A stretch of 64,000 bases of DNA from Candidatus Poribacteria bacterium (GCA_965208765.1 OZ242354.1:1058331-1122330); one strand, 5' to 3'. Positions 9,423-20,428 are shown, numbered from the stretch's first letter. Notes: generated from the letters alone by a model not told the origin. A program made the numbers and translations.

Positions 9423-10214
9423 ATGAAGATTGGTATTACACAGCTTCTACTTGGGAATATGTCGCTTGACGACATACTGGGCTTATGCCTCGATTCCGGA
9501 TACGAAGCCATCGAACTTACCTTCGGTGAGGGTACGGAACTTGACATTGACATGAGTCCGTCAGAGATTGCTCGGACTGGCGAAAAATGTGCCTTAGCGG
9601 GCATTGAGATAAGCAGCACCATTGCCAACTATAATGAGGGTGGAAATCTACTGAGCCTAGACCCGAATCAGCAAGAGAAGCGCATTAGATCCGTGAATCG
9701 CAGTTTAGAGATTGCTGGAATTCTAGAGGTTGACACGATTCTCCTGCATCCCGGACAACTTACCGTCGAGGGGACGTACCAGGCGGTTTGGGACAATCTT
9801 CGTGATATTCTGAAGGGTCTTGCTCCGGTTGCTGCTTCGAATGGGGCCGCAATCGGCCTCGAAAATGTGTGGAGCAAATTTTTACTAAGTTCCAAAGAAA
9901 CGCGAGAATTCATTGATGCCGTTGGCAGCGACTGGATCGGTGTTTACCTAGACACCGCCAACATGATGGCATACGGCTTTCCGGAACACTGGATTCGGGA
10001 GCTGGGTACGCGGATCAAATGCGTGCATTTTAAGGACTTTAGGCGCGGAGAACACCAGTTTGTCAACCTTCTTGATGGAGATACCGATTGGCCAACCGTA
10101 ATGCGCGAGTTTAGAACCATCGGCTATGATCGGTATGTGGTCCACGAAGTGGGCGGGGATCGCGCCGCGCAGATTGACATCGCCAAGCGGATGCGTCGAA
10201 TTATCGGAATGTGA
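9423..10214 (+). CDS. Sugar phosphate isomerase/epimerase (xylose isomerase-like TIM barrel)
   Basis: 263 aa with family-typical blocks (ILLHPG, GLENV, YLDTANM, HFKD). The specific substrate cannot be told. Confidence 0.7.
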   Translation: MKIGITQLLLGNMSLDDILGLCLDSGYEAIELTFGEGTELDIDMSPSEIARTGEKCALAGIEISSTIANYNEGGNLLSLDPNQQEKRIRSVNRSLEIAGILEVDTILLHPGQLTVEGTYQAVWDNLRDILKGLAPVAASNGAAIGLENVWSKFLLSSKETREFIDAVGSDWIGVYLDTANMMAYGFPEHWIRELGTRIKCVHFKDFRRGEHQFVNLLDGDTDWPTVMREFRTIGYDRYVVHEVGGDRAAQIDIAKRMRRIIGM

Positions 10215-10264
10215 CGAACTTACACACAAGAGAATAAATCACTCTTTTGGATCAAAAAAATTAA

Positions 10265-11080
10265 ATGCACCGAAAGGACAATCCTGTGATGCATACCATC
10301 GGCTGTACAACCCGTCCCTACGAATCACTCACCTTCTCCGAAGCATGTGACCACATCTCTGCCGCCGGATATACCGAAGTTGCCGTGTTTGCCAACGCCG
10401 GACAGAATCTAGTAAGAGCCGATAGCACGAGTTCAGAGATCGGGGAGGCAAGCAGAGCGGCAGCCAACGCCGGATTGACGCCGTCAGCTGTGATGGGAAG
10501 TGTCCGATACTTAGATGAGGGTTTAGACGTTTGCCTTAATGACTACAAACGCCTCATTGACAACGCCGCCGTGCTCGGTGCGAAATGGTTGCTTGATTGT
10601 GGCACTGCAATCGAAGCACACTACGAGGATTACTATGAACTGATGCGTCGGGCGGCTCCTCATGCCGCAGAGGCCGGAGTCACCATCGCCTTAAAGCCGC
10701 ATGGTGGAATAAGCCTAACGGTACAGGATCTCCTTACAGCGGATAACGAAGTGAGACACTCGGCATTTGGTATCTGCTACGATCCAGGAAATATCATCTA
10801 CTATACGAAAGGTAGGGGCCGACCGGAATCTGACATCGCTGTAATCGCGTCTAAGGTTACCACGGTGATTATAAAAGACTGTATCGTTAAGGACGGAGAA
10901 CCTGATGTCATGGTGACTCCTGGCGAAGGTTTGGTGGATTTCGAGCGAGTTGTCGATGGGCTTATGGCAGGAGGATTCGATGGACCGGTATATGTTGAGT
11001 GTGTAGGCGGATCCACATTAAACGACATCAACGTGAATATTGAATCGACATTGAAATTTGTAAAGGGTATTCTAACGTGA
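10265..11080 (+). CDS. Sugar phosphate isomerase/epimerase-like TIM-barrel protein
   Basis: 271 aa, distant paralog of the preceding gene (IALKPHGG, CYDPGN, IIKD). An alternative start exists at 10289 (MHTIG). Confidence 0.65.
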   Translation: MHRKDNPVMHTIGCTTRPYESLTFSEACDHISAAGYTEVAVFANAGQNLVRADSTSSEIGEASRAAANAGLTPSAVMGSVRYLDEGLDVCLNDYKRLIDNAAVLGAKWLLDCGTAIEAHYEDYYELMRRAAPHAAEAGVTIALKPHGGISLTVQDLLTADNEVRHSAFGICYDPGNIIYYTKGRGRPESDIAVIASKVTTVIIKDCIVKDGEPDVMVTPGEGLVDFERVVDGLMAGGFDGPVYVECVGGSTLNDINVNIESTLKFVKGILT

Positions 11081-11229
11081 GATGATTGACGAATCTCTTA
11101 TTTTTGAATACTGCAACGGGAGATTTCATCTGTTTTGCGGCCAACAAACACCGAAAGACGGGTGCCAAGAAAGGGAAATTCCTGCACGATGGGAAGCGAG
11201 GTGGAATGTGAGGAGGCGGAGTAGCGCCA

Positions 11230-12014
11230 ATGAACGATAGTTTCACAGTGTTTGAAGCGAAAGCAGATCAGAAACTGTTTGGCTATTTTCGGGCGCACGG
11301 GTTTGCGGTTTTGAAGGATTCGCTTACTTCAGATGAAGTCATGCATTTTGTTCAACTCTATGATAAAGATCGGAAAGAGTTCGGTCCTCCAAATTGCTGA
11401 CATCCTTTCGATGGGTATCAAACACGGAACTGCAACGCTCTTGTCACCTCACCGGAATTCGAAACGCTACTGCGTCATCCCAAGATTCTGCCCGTGATTG
11501 AGTTTCTCATGGGTGGTCTTGTGTGTTTCTCCGAGATTTGCCTACGCCATATGGCTCCGTATAATGGAGAACCTCACCAAAACTTTCACCCCGACCGTCC
11601 ACATTGGGAGAATCATCCGCTTCGTATGGACTACATGCAACTTATGCTATACCTGACCGACGTTGACGATAGCACGCACTGCTTTTCCATCTCGCCGGAA
11701 TCCATGAACAATGTCATTCTGGATAGAGAATCTCAGCTTAAGAGAGCGGGATCAGTAGATTTTCATGGGCCAGCCGGCACAGTGGTGCTCTTCAACATCG
11801 CTTTGCTCCATACCGCTACGGTTCGCACGACGCAAAAAGAGTGAAAACAGTACAAGCATACTATGGGCACCACTGCCGTCCGTTTTTGAGCAACTGTTCG
11901 GTGATACCACCGCGCTTTTGGCGTGATGCCCCGGATCCGGAGGCACGAGCGTTTTACGGTAATCTTAACGAAATCAGTAGGGTTTTCCAGTCTGCGTTTT
12001 CATATTCGAGTTGA
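11230..12014 (+). pseudogene. Phytanoyl-CoA dioxygenase (PhyH) family gene disrupted by an in-frame TGA and a frameshift
   Basis: The reading frame from ATG 11230 (MNDSFTVFEAKADQKLFGYFRAHGFAVLKD) hits TGA at 11398..11400. It then continues in frame through the HxD motif (NFHPDRPHW) to TGA 11842..11844. The family-like C-terminus (VKTVQAYYGHH...PPRFW...) continues in the +1 frame to 12014. Confidence 0.7.
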
Positions 12015-12164
12015 TGATCCTTTCTTCCCTACAAGACAAGAAATCGCAGAGGATTGGTTCTAATCAGCAATGTCCATGTAACAGCGCTACTGCAGTTAGA
12101 ATAGGCTGCGCGAAAGCCGGATAGCAGAAAAATCACATACCGCAAGAAAAATGTGGAAATAAAC

Positions 12165-12193
12165 TTGACATTGAGTAGCTTGTTTGGTATAAT
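12165..12193 (+). promoter_or_regulatory. Consensus sigma70 promoter (TTGACA-17-TATAAT)
   Basis: TTGACA at 12165..12170, exactly 17 nt, then TATAAT at 12188..12193. No protein gene follows for about 450 nt. Confidence 0.6.
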
Positions 12194-12199
12194 TCCACG

Positions 12200-12338
12200 C
12201 TTGGTGTCACATTGTCCCTACTGACTGTTGCAGAAAGGGAGGCAAGCTATTCCGAAAACCTTTATTATCTTTCGATAGTTAATGTTGGTTTTTAATTGAG
12301 AAGATGCTTATGTGAGCCCCTTTCGGGGCTTTATTTTT
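12200..12338 (+). ncRNA. Candidate small RNA (about 140 nt) bounded by a consensus promoter and an intrinsic terminator
   Basis: It lies between the promoter at 12165..12193 and the terminator at 12314..12338. Only trivial ORFs of 9 codons or fewer lie inside. I recognise no known RNA family. Confidence 0.35.
12314..12338 (+). terminator. Rho-independent terminator
   Basis: AGCCCC-TTTC-GGGGCT hairpin (12315..12330) followed by TTATTTTT. Confidence 0.7.
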
Positions 12339-12642
12339 GTCTATAGCATTGAATAGCGTTTGTGATCCTTTATCGACAATGGCTTTTGTGCCACCTGCTA
12401 TAAGTAACATCTGATTCTGGAAATAAGCAGATTACATGTCGTTTATAATGCTAAGTATTAGACCGAAAGCGATTCCCGATTGTAGACCGCTGGGAAACTA
12501 GGGCTGACGGGATTTGTCAATTTTACCTTTGTCACGTCATATGCCGAGGAAACATCGCCCTCGCACCTATCACGTTGTTCCGACTTTGAAGGCTCAGATG
12601 TATTTTAACGCGAAATTGTCTAGTACTTCGCAGGAGTAGAAC

Positions 12643-13014
12643 ATGCCAACAATTAATCAACTAGTAAGAAAACCTCGTAAAAAAACCACCAAACAGACAA
12701 AATCCCCGGTGCTTCAAAGTTGCCCACAAAGGCGGGGAATCTGTTTGCAGGTGAAGACTGTGAACCCGAAAAAACCGAATTCTGCCCTCCGAAAAGTTGC
12801 ACGTGTACGATTCACAACAGGGCTTGAAGCTACATGTTATATTCCGGGTATCGATCACAATCTTCAGGAGCATTCGGTTGTGTTGGTGCGAGGTGGTAGG
12901 GTCAAAGATTTATCCAACGTCCGATATCATATAGTTCGAGGTACGCTGGATACGGCAGGAGTTGAGAATCGTCGGCAGGGTCGATCGAAGTATGGAGCAA
13001 AAAAAGTTGGCTAG
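12643..13014 (+). CDS. rpsL: 30S ribosomal protein S12
   Basis: [14 protein letters not shown]...[15 protein letters not shown]... is canonical S12. KDLSNVRYH replaces the usual KDLPGVRYH. Confidence 0.97.
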   Translation: MPTINQLVRKPRKKTTKQTKSPVLQSCPQRRGICLQVKTVNPKKPNSALRKVARVRFTTGLEATCYIPGIDHNLQEHSVVLVRGGRVKDLSNVRYHIVRGTLDTAGVENRRQGRSKYGAKKVG

Positions 13015-13068
13015 AGATGTTAAACCTGAGGCTTCGATGTTAATCATCGGTCTCGGAGGGTAGGAGAC

Positions 13069-13539
13069 ATGCCAAGACGCAAAATCGCTGTCAAGCGAGA
13101 GTTAATGCCGGATCCGAAATATGATAGCACCTTGATCACGAAGTTTGTGAATTGCTTGATGCTGGATGGGAAAAGAAGTACCGCCCAAAAAGTATTGTAC
13201 GGGAGTTTGGACATTGTAGCTGATAGGGCCAAACAGGATGGTCTTACTGTTTTTCGTCAAGCAATAAATAACGTAAAACCTGTCTTGGAAGTTCGTTCGC
13301 GGCGTGTTGGCGGACAGACCTATCAGGTGCCTGTTGATGTTAAGGCAGAACGGCGTACAACGCTGGCGTTTCGGTGGATTCTCCAATCGGCAAGGTCGAG
13401 AGGAGAAAAAACGATGGAAGCACGCTTGGCAGGGGAACTGTTGGATGCTTCGAAAAACGAGGGCGCCGCCATTCGCAGAAAGTTTGAACAACATCGTATG
13501 GCCGAAGCAAACCGGGCGTTTGCTCATTATCGGTGGTAA
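13069..13539 (+). CDS. rpsG: 30S ribosomal protein S7
   Basis: MPRRKIAVKRELMPDPKYDS...ANRAFAHYRW is canonical S7. Confidence 0.97.
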   Translation: MPRRKIAVKRELMPDPKYDSTLITKFVNCLMLDGKRSTAQKVLYGSLDIVADRAKQDGLTVFRQAINNVKPVLEVRSRRVGGQTYQVPVDVKAERRTTLAFRWILQSARSRGEKTMEARLAGELLDASKNEGAAIRRKFEQHRMAEANRAFAHYRW

Positions 13540-13590
13540 GTGTTTTCTGATAGAAGGTCTATAGAATCTAGTTATGGTGAATCATAAATA

Positions 13591-15729
13591 ATGAAGTCTC
13601 GGGAAAAGCAACAGTCCACATCTGAAAGTCGTAAATCAATAGATCCGCGCCGATTTAGTTTGGCTTCTACGCGAAATATCGGTATCATGGCGCATATTGA
13701 TGCTGGAAAGACAACCGTAACCGAGCGGATTCTGTACTATACGGGTCGTGTGCACCGTTTGGGTGAAGTGCACGAGGGTACGACGACAATGGACTGGATG
13801 GTCCAAGAACAGGAGCGAGGCATCACTATAACTGCGGCTGCAACCGCTTGTCGATGGAATGACAATCGCATCAATATCATTGATACTCCTGGACACATAG
13901 ATTTCACAGTTGAAGTTGAGAGATCCTTAAGGGTGCTTGATGGCGCTGTAGCAGTCTTCTGTGCTGTTGGCGGTGTCGAACCTCAATCGGAAACCGTCTG
14001 GAGACAGGCAGATAAGTACAGCGTGCCGCGCGTAGCTCTGATTAACAAGATGGACCGCACGGGAGCCGATTTCTTTCGAACCGTCGAGATGATGACCGAT
14101 CGACTTGGCACGACTGCCGTTCCGGTTCAGTTGCCAGTTGGATCTGCGGAGCAATTCAGAGGTGTTGTGGATCTTATTGAACTCAAGGGATTCACGTGGG
14201 ATGAAGCGAATTTAGGTACGACTATCCATGAATTTGATATTCCCGAAGAGATGGTGGAGATGGTTACCGAGTACCGCGCGAAACTTATTGAGACCGTCGT
14301 TGAGTGGGATGATGATTTATTGGCAAAATATTTCGACGGTGTCGAACTGTCCGAGGCGGAGCTAAGGAGAGGATTGAGGAATGCAACGCTAAGCGGAAAG
14401 GTTGTCCCGGTCCTCTGTGGTTCGGCGTTGAAAAACAAGGGAGTACAACCGCTTTTGGATGCAATAGTTTCATATCTTCCTTCTCCTGTTGATGTGCCTC
14501 CTATCAAAGCGCTGAACCCTGAAACTCAAGCAATGGAAGAGCGTTTGCCTAACGACGATGAACCTTTTTGCGCTTTGGCATTCAAGATAATGACGGATCC
14601 GCATGTAGGCAAGTTGACATTTCTACGTGTTTATTCAGGCGTTTTAACCAGAGGGGCGACCGTCTACAATAGCACACGTGGTAATCGCGAAAGAATTGGC
14701 AGGCTCATGCAAATGCATGCCAATAAGCGTGAGGAACGAGATGCTGTTTATGCCGGCGACATTGTTGCTGCAATTGGGCTCAAGGACATTGCGACAGGTG
14801 ACACAATTTGTGATCCGAATTCGCGAATTACGCTGGAGACGATGGTTTTCCCGTTGCCGGTTATGTCTGTCGCAGTGGAGCCCTGCACGAAATCTGATAT
14901 AGACAAGTTGAATCTTGCACTTCTTAAGTTGGCGGAAGAAGATCCAACCTTTAAGGTACATCAGGATGGCGAAACCGGCCAAACTCTATTATCTGGGATG
15001 GGTGAACTCCACCTGGAGATCATCGTGGACCGACTCATCCGCGAGTTTAACGTTTCGGCGAACATCGGTAATCCGCAGGTTGCATATCGGGAAACAATCC
15101 AACGGCACGCTACGGCGGAAGGACGATTTGTGAGACAGTCCGGTGGTCGCGGGCAATATGGGGATGTTACCATAGAGATTTTCCCGCTAGAAAAAGGCGC
15201 AGAGTATGAGTTCGTTGATGATACCAAGGGAGGAGTCATACCTCAAGAGTATATCCCTGCTGTCAACAAAGGTATACAGAATGCCATGAATACCGGAGAG
15301 TTGGCGGGTTATCCCGTTGTTGATGTGGGTGTGCGGTTATACGATGGCTCCTTTCATGCTGTGGATTCGTCCGAGATGGCGTTTTCCATTGCGGCTTCTA
15401 TAGCGTTCAAGGAAGCTGTAAAACGCGCGGCCCCACTCCTGCTTGAACCAATTATGAAGGTGGAAATCATCGTCCCTGATGAATATTTGGGTAAGGTTAT
15501 CGGGGATTTAAACGCGCGTCGCGCTCAAATTCTTCAAACGGATCTTCAACAGAAATCGCGTGTCCATGTGATTCAAGCTTCGGTGCCGCTTTCCGAAATG
15601 TTCGGCTATGTTAAAACACTTCGTTCGTTGACACAAGGACGCGCAAACTATTCCATGGAGTTTTCGCACTACAGCAGTGTGCCTTCTAGCGTTGCGCAAG
15701 ACATAATGTCCTTGAACAAAGTTTCGTAG
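13591..15729 (+). CDS. fusA: Elongation factor G
   Basis: [22 protein letters not shown] and NKMD G-motifs with full EF-G domain order. There is about 20 aa of extra N-terminal sequence if the ATG at 13591 is used. Confidence 0.95.
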   Translation: MKSREKQQSTSESRKSIDPRRFSLASTRNIGIMAHIDAGKTTVTERILYYTGRVHRLGEVHEGTTTMDWMVQEQERGITITAAATACRWNDNRINIIDTPGHIDFTVEVERSLRVLDGAVAVFCAVGGVEPQSETVWRQADKYSVPRVALINKMDRTGADFFRTVEMMTDRLGTTAVPVQLPVGSAEQFRGVVDLIELKGFTWDEANLGTTIHEFDIPEEMVEMVTEYRAKLIETVVEWDDDLLAKYFDGVELSEAELRRGLRNATLSGKVVPVLCGSALKNKGVQPLLDAIVSYLPSPVDVPPIKALNPETQAMEERLPNDDEPFCALAFKIMTDPHVGKLTFLRVYSGVLTRGATVYNSTRGNRERIGRLMQMHANKREERDAVYAGDIVAAIGLKDIATGDTICDPNSRITLETMVFPLPVMSVAVEPCTKSDIDKLNLALLKLAEEDPTFKVHQDGETGQTLLSGMGELHLEIIVDRLIREFNVSANIGNPQVAYRETIQRHATAEGRFVRQSGGRGQYGDVTIEIFPLEKGAEYEFVDDTKGGVIPQEYIPAVNKGIQNAMNTGELAGYPVVDVGVRLYDGSFHAVDSSEMAFSIAASIAFKEAVKRAAPLLLEPIMKVEIIVPDEYLGKVIGDLNARRAQILQTDLQQKSRVHVIQASVPLSEMFGYVKTLRSLTQGRANYSMEFSHYSSVPSSVAQDIMSLNKVS

Positions 15730-15835
15730 GTGCTTCGATACCATACGACATCGAAGCCATGTAGCTAGTTTAGTATCGTCTTACCAAGCCTTAAAGGGTT
15801 TTGACTTATCTATTTGAGGAGGAAGTTTAGAACAA

Positions 15836-17035
15836 ATGGCAAAAGAGAAATTTGATAGAACTAAGCCACACGTGAATATAGGTACGATTGGCCACGTTGA
15901 CCATGGTAAGACCACATTAACTGCGGCGATAACCATGGTACTGTCGAATCTTGCAAGCAAAGATTACGTGATGACCTATGATGAGATCGACAAAGCTCCG
16001 GAAGAAAAAGAGCGTGGAATTACAATCAATACCGCACACGTAGAATATGAAACTGAGAATAGGCACTATGCTCACGTTGACTGTCCCGGCCATGCCGACT
16101 ACATCAAGAATATGATCACCGGGGCTGCTCAGATGGACGGTGCCATTCTCGTTGTTTCTGCAGCTGATGGTCCGATGCCTCAAACTCGGGAGCACGTTCT
16201 TCTTGCACGGCAGGTGAATGTTCCTTCTCTCGTCGTGTTCTTGAATAAAGCAGATATGGTAGACGACCCCGAATTGCTTGAATTGGTCGAGTTGGAAGTT
16301 CGGGAGTTGTTGAATGAATACAACTTCCCGGGGGACGATATACCGGTTGTGACGGGCTCTGCGTTGAACGCCATGGAATCTAGTGGGGACCCGAATAGCG
16401 AAGCTTGTGCGCCAATTCTTGATTTGATGGCGCAGGTCGACGAACATATTCCCGAACCTGTGAGGGATGTTGACAGACCGTACTTAATGCCCGTCGAGGA
16501 CATCTTTACGATTAGCGGGCGTGGTACAGTTGTAACGGGGCGCGTGGAACGCGGAATCGTACATGTTGGTGACACCGTCGAAATTGTTGGTCTCCGACCG
16601 ACTCACTCCACCGTAGCAACAGGCGTGGAAATGTTTCGCAAGCTTCTCGACGAAGGGCGCGCCGGTGACAATGTCGGTGTCTTGATTCGTGGAGTGGAAC
16701 GCAAGGAAGTAGAGCGCGGTCAGGTGTTGGCTGCTCCCGGAACGATCACGCCTCATACCAAATTTGAAGCCGAAACCTATATTCTAAAAAAGGAAGAAGG
16801 CGGACGACATACGCCATTCTTTAGCGGGTATCGGCCTCAGTTCTATTTTCGCACAACCGATGTAACCGGTAATATGCAACTTCCGGAAGGCGTTGAGATG
16901 ATTATGCCCGGAGACAACACTCGAATTACCGTAGAGCTTTCCAAGCCGATAGCTCTAGAAGAGGAACTCCGATTCGCCATTCGAGAGGGCGGGCAAACCG
17001 TGGGCGCAGGCGTTGTGTCTAAGGTAATTGAGTAA
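15836..17035 (+). CDS. tuf: Elongation factor Tu
   Basis: [28 protein letters not shown]..., 399 aa. Confidence 0.98.
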   Translation: MAKEKFDRTKPHVNIGTIGHVDHGKTTLTAAITMVLSNLASKDYVMTYDEIDKAPEEKERGITINTAHVEYETENRHYAHVDCPGHADYIKNMITGAAQMDGAILVVSAADGPMPQTREHVLLARQVNVPSLVVFLNKADMVDDPELLELVELEVRELLNEYNFPGDDIPVVTGSALNAMESSGDPNSEACAPILDLMAQVDEHIPEPVRDVDRPYLMPVEDIFTISGRGTVVTGRVERGIVHVGDTVEIVGLRPTHSTVATGVEMFRKLLDEGRAGDNVGVLIRGVERKEVERGQVLAAPGTITPHTKFEAETYILKKEEGGRHTPFFSGYRPQFYFRTTDVTGNMQLPEGVEMIMPGDNTRITVELSKPIALEEELRFAIREGGQTVGAGVVSKVIE

Positions 17036-17090
17036 GGATTATCATACCAAGACGCGGTCTATGAAGGCTTACACCTAACAGGGAATTGAG

Positions 17091-17402
17091 ATGGACAATC
17101 AGAAAATTCGCATTCGCCTCAAAGCGTTCGATCACCGGTTATTGGACAAATCATCCGGACAGATAGCGGATACCGCAAAACGAACAGGGGCAGTTGTATC
17201 GGGTCCTATCCCGCTTCCGATGAAAAAGCATGTCTATACAGTCCAAAGGTCGACATTTAAGGACAAAAAGTCGCGTGAACAGTTTGAAATGCGAATTCAC
17301 AAGCGGTTATTGGACATTCTAGAAACTACACCGAAAACCGTAGATGCGCTGATGCATCTGGATTTGCCTGCTGGTGTTGATGTAAAAATCACGCTTTTAT
17401 AA
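17091..17402 (+). CDS. rpsJ: 30S ribosomal protein S10
   Basis: [17 protein letters not shown]... is canonical. Confidence 0.96.
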   Translation: MDNQKIRIRLKAFDHRLLDKSSGQIADTAKRTGAVVSGPIPLPMKKHVYTVQRSTFKDKKSREQFEMRIHKRLLDILETTPKTVDALMHLDLPAGVDVKITLL

Positions 17403-17456
17403 TTGAGTTGAGGAAGTATTTATTAGGTTGTCACGACCATTTCAGGAATGCGGTAG

Positions 17457-18095
17457 ATGGTTAGAGGAATAATAGGTAAAAAGGTGGGTATGACCCAAGT
17501 TTTCGATGAATCCGGCAAAGCGTTTGCCGTGACCGCAATCGAAGCTGGTCCATGCCCAATTGTACAGATAAAAACCCAAAACCAGGATGGTTACCAAGCT
17601 GTCCAACTGGGCTTTGGGAATCGTAAAGGCAGCAAAGTCAATCGGCCGGAACAGGGGCATATCCAAAAGGCCGATGTTGCGCCTCCACGAGTCCTGTGTG
17701 AGTTCCCTGTCGACGATACCGATCAGGTGTCGGTAGGTTCGACGATAGATACGGGCATTTTTTCGGTTGGAGAATACGTTGACGTAACCGGCACCTCAAA
17801 AGGGCTTGGCTTCACGGGGGTAGTCAAACGGTATGGGTTTGCCGGTGGGAAGAAGAGTCACGGCGGCGAGCAGGACCTTCGACGAACCGGATCCATTGGC
17901 GCGAGTGCATCTCCATCCCGGGTGTTTAAGGGTAAGCGGATGGCTGGGCGGCATGGCGGTAGGCGAGTTACCGTTCAAAATCTACAGGTCATCCAGGCGG
18001 ACGCAAATAGAAGCCTTCTGCTCGTGAAAGGCGCTGTGCCTGGCCCACCAAACGGATTGTTGTTAATTAACAAGGCTGTGAAGGCCGGCGCGTAG
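17457..18095 (+). CDS. rplC: 50S ribosomal protein L3
   Basis: GIIGKKVGMTQVFDESGK... is canonical. Confidence 0.96.
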   Translation: MVRGIIGKKVGMTQVFDESGKAFAVTAIEAGPCPIVQIKTQNQDGYQAVQLGFGNRKGSKVNRPEQGHIQKADVAPPRVLCEFPVDDTDQVSVGSTIDTGIFSVGEYVDVTGTSKGLGFTGVVKRYGFAGGKKSHGGEQDLRRTGSIGASASPSRVFKGKRMAGRHGGRRVTVQNLQVIQADANRSLLLVKGAVPGPPNGLLLINKAVKAGA

Positions 18096-18132
18096 CAGGA
18101 CAGGTGGAATCAGTGACTAAAGGACAATCGTG

Positions 18133-18795
18133 ATGGCATCTTTCGATGTATACAACCGTTCGGGTGAGATTCTCCACCAGAAGGAACTATCAGACCAGTT
18201 CATCAACGCCCCGGTGAATACAGATGTGCTACATCAATGTGTTGTCGCGCATCTTGCTAACCAACGGAGTGGCACATCCTCAACAAAGACTCGCGCTGAA
18301 GTCACGGGAAGCGGCAGGAAGTTGCACCGCCAAAAGGGAACCGGTCGCGCCCGTGTCGGAGACAGCGGATCACCTATAAGAGTGCATGGCGGAGTTGCGT
18401 TTGGACCAAGGCCTCGCAGTTATCGCCAACACACACCTAAGAAAATCCGAAGACTCGGAATCTGTTCGGCACTGGCAGACAGGTTTCAAAATTCCCAATG
18501 CACTCTCATTGAGAGTTTTACGTTAGATAAACCACGGACAAAAGATGTCATCCGGTTCGTAAGCGCGCTCAATCTGGACGGCAAGCTTCTATTGGTATTA
18601 GATCAACAAGATCAGAATATTCAGTTATCTGTTCGAAATATCCCGCACGTGAGTACGTGTGTTTGGGACGCAATCAATGTTTACGATATCTTGAGACACG
18701 ACAGGATTGTAATCACCGAAGCTGCAATAGAGAAGCTGCAGGGGAAGTTCCTTCAACCGAATGACAGTGCGAATGAGCAGGCATCGGAGCAATGA
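18133..18795 (+). CDS. rplD: 50S ribosomal protein L4
   Basis: QKGTGRARVGDSGSPIRVHGGVAFGP motif. The ATG at 18133 is preferred over the GTG at 18130. Confidence 0.95.
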   Translation: MASFDVYNRSGEILHQKELSDQFINAPVNTDVLHQCVVAHLANQRSGTSSTKTRAEVTGSGRKLHRQKGTGRARVGDSGSPIRVHGGVAFGPRPRSYRQHTPKKIRRLGICSALADRFQNSQCTLIESFTLDKPRTKDVIRFVSALNLDGKLLLVLDQQDQNIQLSVRNIPHVSTCVWDAINVYDILRHDRIVITEAAIEKLQGKFLQPNDSANEQASEQ

Positions 18796-19094
18796 AAGAT
18801 TTATATCAAATCCTATTAAAACCTTTGGTGACGGAAAAAAGTACGGATTTTCGCGAATCGTCCAACAAATACTCCTTTGTGGTAGACCTCAACGCTACTA
18901 AGGCGGAAATCCGCCAGGCAGCGGAGGAACTGCTCGATCTTAAAGGGAAAATCCTTAACGTAAGTACAATGCGTGTTCGCGGCAAGCCGAAGGGAAAACT
19001 CTTTCAGCACCGACGCGGAAGACGGCCTCACTGGAAGAAAGCAATCATTACAGTCGAGCCGGGAACAGATGTACAGATTTTCGAGTCCATCTAA
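18792..19094 (+). CDS. rplW: 50S ribosomal protein L23
   Basis: ILLKPLVTEKS... Overlaps the rplD stop by 4 nt (ATGA). Confidence 0.95.
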   Translation: MKDLYQILLKPLVTEKSTDFRESSNKYSFVVDLNATKAEIRQAAEELLDLKGKILNVSTMRVRGKPKGKLFQHRRGRRPHWKKAIITVEPGTDVQIFESI

Positions 19095-19265
19095 TCCAGG
19101 TGAACATTCGAAAATAACACCCTACGTCTTAATCTTTTTCGAGTTAATTGCTTGCGTCAATGCGCATCAGGTGGTCTGTTTCAATTTCGCAGGAATCAAA
19201 AACTTACATCCTCAATACTGACCGAGTGCATCCTTCACATGACATGCTTTTGAGGGGTATCAATT

Positions 19266-20090
19266 ATGGCAGTTAAGATTTACTCGCCCGTAACACCAAG
19301 CCGACGATCTATGACCGGCCATTCCTTTGAGGAGATTACACGCCGAAAGCCGGAAAAATCCTTAGTCAAAGGATTGAAGGAGAATGCGGGTCGTAACGAC
19401 TTCGGTCGAATGACGGTTAGGAGGCGCGGCGGCGGTCACAAGCGGCGTTACCGAGAGATTGACTTTCGACGTAACAAGGTCGGCATACCTGCCAAGGTAG
19501 CCTCAATTGAGTACGACCCTAACCGTTCTGCGCGGATAGCACTACTACATTACGTTGACGGCGAAAAACGCTATATTCTAGCACCTTTAGGCCTCCAGGT
19601 TGGTGAGATGCTCAATTCCGGCCCGGATGCGGAAATTAAAGTAGGTAACGCGTTACCACTCGAAAAAATCCCTCTTGGTTCGGCAGTACATAATGTGGAG
19701 ATGGTCCCCGGTGCAGGTGGACAGCTAGTACGAAGTGCGGGCGTAGCAGCTCAGTTGGTTGATCGCGAAGGACGATATGCGCGTCTTCGGATGCCGTCCG
19801 GCGAAATCCGATTGCTCCTGGTCAGGTGTATGGCTACAGTCGGGCAAGTTGGAAATGTCGACCATTCCAACATCTCGATAGGAAAGGGCGGGCGCTCGTG
19901 CTGGATGGGACGGCGTCCGAAAGTACGCGGTGTTGCGATGAATCCTATAGATCACCCGCATGGCGGCGGTGAAGGGAAGAGTTCGGGAGGTAGGCACCCT
20001 GTGACTCCTTGGGGGGTCCCAACCAAAGGGTATAAAACGCGAAATCCGAAGAAGAAGTCGGGTCAATTTATCGTTAGCCGCCGCAAGTAA
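19266..20090 (+). CDS. rplB: 50S ribosomal protein L2
   Basis: [14 protein letters not shown]...[13 protein letters not shown]... is canonical. Confidence 0.97.
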   Translation: MAVKIYSPVTPSRRSMTGHSFEEITRRKPEKSLVKGLKENAGRNDFGRMTVRRRGGGHKRRYREIDFRRNKVGIPAKVASIEYDPNRSARIALLHYVDGEKRYILAPLGLQVGEMLNSGPDAEIKVGNALPLEKIPLGSAVHNVEMVPGAGGQLVRSAGVAAQLVDREGRYARLRMPSGEIRLLLVRCMATVGQVGNVDHSNISIGKGGRSCWMGRRPKVRGVAMNPIDHPHGGGEGKSSGGRHPVTPWGVPTKGYKTRNPKKKSGQFIVSRRK

Positions 20091-20158
20091 TGCTAGCAAT
20101 AAATCCAACTAAAGCGTAGTGCAGGTGACGGCTGATTATGTTGTAAAGGGGAATTATA

Positions 20159-20428
20159 ATGCCACGCTCTGTAAAAAAGGGTCCATATATAGATCCGAAA
20201 CTTCAGAAGAAAATTGAGACTCTTGAGCGATCCGGTACCAAACGAGTCATTCGCACTTGGTCCCGGCGTTCGACAATTACACCTGAGCTTATAGGTCATA
20301 CACTTGCAATACACAATGGAAAGAAGTTCTTTCCTGTTTATATTACAGAGAATATGGTAGGGCATAAACTAGGCGAATTTGCTCCCACCCGCACATTTAG
20401 GTCGCATGCACGCGGCTCGCGGGCATAG
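20159..20428 (+). CDS. rpsS: 30S ribosomal protein S19
   Basis: [15 protein letters not shown]...[13 protein letters not shown]. Confidence 0.97.
   Translation: MPRSVKKGPYIDPKLQKKIETLERSGTKRVIRTWSRRSTITPELIGHTLAIHNGKKFFPVYITENMVGHKLGEFAPTRTFRSHARGSRA

Noticed and set aside
11398-11400. In-frame TGA in the PhyH gene as selenocysteine or a reassigned stop
   Set aside because: Other genes in the window clearly terminate at TGA (for example rpmJ), PhyH enzymes are not selenoproteins as far as I know, and a second lesion (a frameshift) is present in the same gene.
13591-13650. EF-G N-terminal extension of about 20 aa and the S3 C-terminal RG-rich tail as novel domains
   Set aside because: The EF-G extension depends on an uncertain start codon (an internal TTG is possible). 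The S3 tail is real as an ORF, but low-complexity basic tails on r-proteins are common lineage-specific features. Both are noted in the features only.
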